Below, piece by piece: positions 62,643 through 64,000 of a DNA stretch of 64,000 bases. The position numbers and the translations under genes were made by a program. The first letter of the stretch is position 1; every line of letters begins with the position of its first letter. The stretch is from Octopus sinensis (lineage: Eukaryota). Below the pieces are notes generated by a model, which searched no databases, was not told the DNA's origin, and saw only the letters and a list, made by a program, of their open reading frames with translations. The DNA lies in NCBI RefSeq assembly GCF_006345805.1, contig NC_043017.1, positions 9,796,001 to 9,860,000 of the forward strand, given 5' to 3'.

Positions 62643-62811
62643 CTTTAGTGCAAGAAACTCCATCATCAATGCCTGTCAACTGAGACTCGGACATCTGTGA
62701 TGTATACATGTGATATTCGTAGCTACTGATCTGCCCTCTCTGTACAGCCTGGCTGAGGTTCGAATGGAACTGCTTCTTGTAATTACCTCTCTCTGTCATA
62801 CCATACATGTC
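62643..62811 (-). CDS. ZUP1: ZUP1 exon: DMYGMTERGNYKKQFHSNLSQAVQRGQISSYEYHMYTSQMSESQLTGIDDGVSCTK; upstream exons beyond the window
   Basis: ttgaag acceptor, AAG|gtaaaa donor; resembles ZUFSP YGLDNSGGYKQQ...GxDDG; phase 1 joins the next exon as GII. Confidence 0.88.
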
Positions 62812-64000
62812 CTTCAAAGAAACCAATATTCACAGATTAAACATGGAGACCACCCAACTTGGGAGTTTACTGACTGTGCATTTATGTGTGTATGTATACA
62901 TGCACATGTATCTGTGTGTATATGTAAGTATGAATGTATACATACATACGTGTGTATATGTGTGCAGGCCTCGTGTGTATAGTGTTGTAGTTGTTCAACA
63001 CATTGGTACATGCTATGTGGAGGTGCAATGGCCTAGTGGTTAGGGCAGTGGACTTGTGGTCATAGGATCACAGTTTTGATTCCCAGACTGAGCATTGTGA
63101 GCGTTTATTGAACGAAAACACCAAAATATCCACGAGGCTCCGGCGGGGTGGGGGGAATCCCTGCTGTGCTCTTTCACAACTTTCTCTCGCTCTTTCTTCC
63201 TGTTTCTGTTGTACCTGTATTTCAAAGGGCCAGCCTTGTCACACTCTGTGTCATGCTGAATCTCCCTGAGAACTACGTTAAGTGTACAAGTGTCTGTGGA
63301 GTGCTTGGCCACTTACACGTTAATTTCACGAGCAGGCTGTTCCATTGATTGGATCAACTGGAACCCTCATTGTCGTAACCGACGGAGTGGCATAGTAGTA
63401 GGTATATGCTATAAAATAATATCTGATGTAGAACAAAATATAGTGTGTGTGTGTATACATACATACACACAAGAACACACATATATATATAGATACACAC
63501 ATACACTTCTACATATATTCATGTACATTTACACATATATGCATGCTTCATCTTAGAATTATATTATGAGAAGCTGCTCTGAAAGTACATAAATATGAAT
63601 AAATAAATTTATATTGTAAATTTCAAATGCTATGTATGTGTCATTTAAAATAAAACATCTACGTACAAACATTTGTTTACTGTGAACATGCAAATGTGCT
63701 TCATGAAGATACAACTTGGGATTATAACCCCATCTATATGCTTGATGGTCACACACACACATACAAATACATGCATAGATAAGTAGACCTGTGTGTGTGT
63801 GTGTGCATGCATGAATGTATGAAATTCTTGATTTGTGTATGCAACTGTATTGAGGTGTGTTTTTTATGCCAAAAAAAAAAAAATGGAGGATCTCAACCAT
63901 TTGATAAAGAGAAACATTGTTAAAATAAAAACCAGATTAAAATATGAGCACTAAAGTAGGTAGAATTGACTGAAACTATTGTGGCGGGTGCCCCAGCATG

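Overview
Eukaryotic, AT-rich, repeat-dense genomic DNA. The SINE, RTE-tail and microsatellite repertoire looks like an octopus (coleoid cephalopod); this is inferred from pattern, not a database match. Three intron-rich genes were reconstructed by hand with GT-AG boundaries and consistent phases. (1) SNRPE/SmE, minus strand, coding exons 1-4 (10134 to 690); the last exon lies before the window, and intron 1 is a U12-type GT-AG minor intron. (2) GUK1 guanylate kinase, plus strand, 7 core exons (34475-46133; 193 aa from the ATG at 34501). An upstream exon at 21198-21270 splices in frame and adds a 33-aa mitochondrial-type presequence; candidate non-coding first exons lie at the SNRPE-shared promoter and at about 27 kb. 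(3) ZUP1/ZUFSP deubiquitinase (peptidase C78), minus strand, last 6 exons (62811 to 52641) with an intact Cys-His-Asp triad; its 5' part lies beyond the window. The rest is tRNA-headed SINEs, RTE and CR1 LINE 3' ends, mariner/Tc1 relics, hAT, Mutator, piggyBac and pogo-like MITEs, and long microsatellites. The most unusual observation is that several unrelated small repeat families, including a tRNA-headed SINE, carry minimal type-I hammerhead-ribozyme-like folds of the Penelope/retrozyme kind, some with inverted fold-back duplications. Every copy here deviates from the canonical core, so activity is unproven. Almost all ORFs in the supplied track are microsatellite or repeat artefacts.
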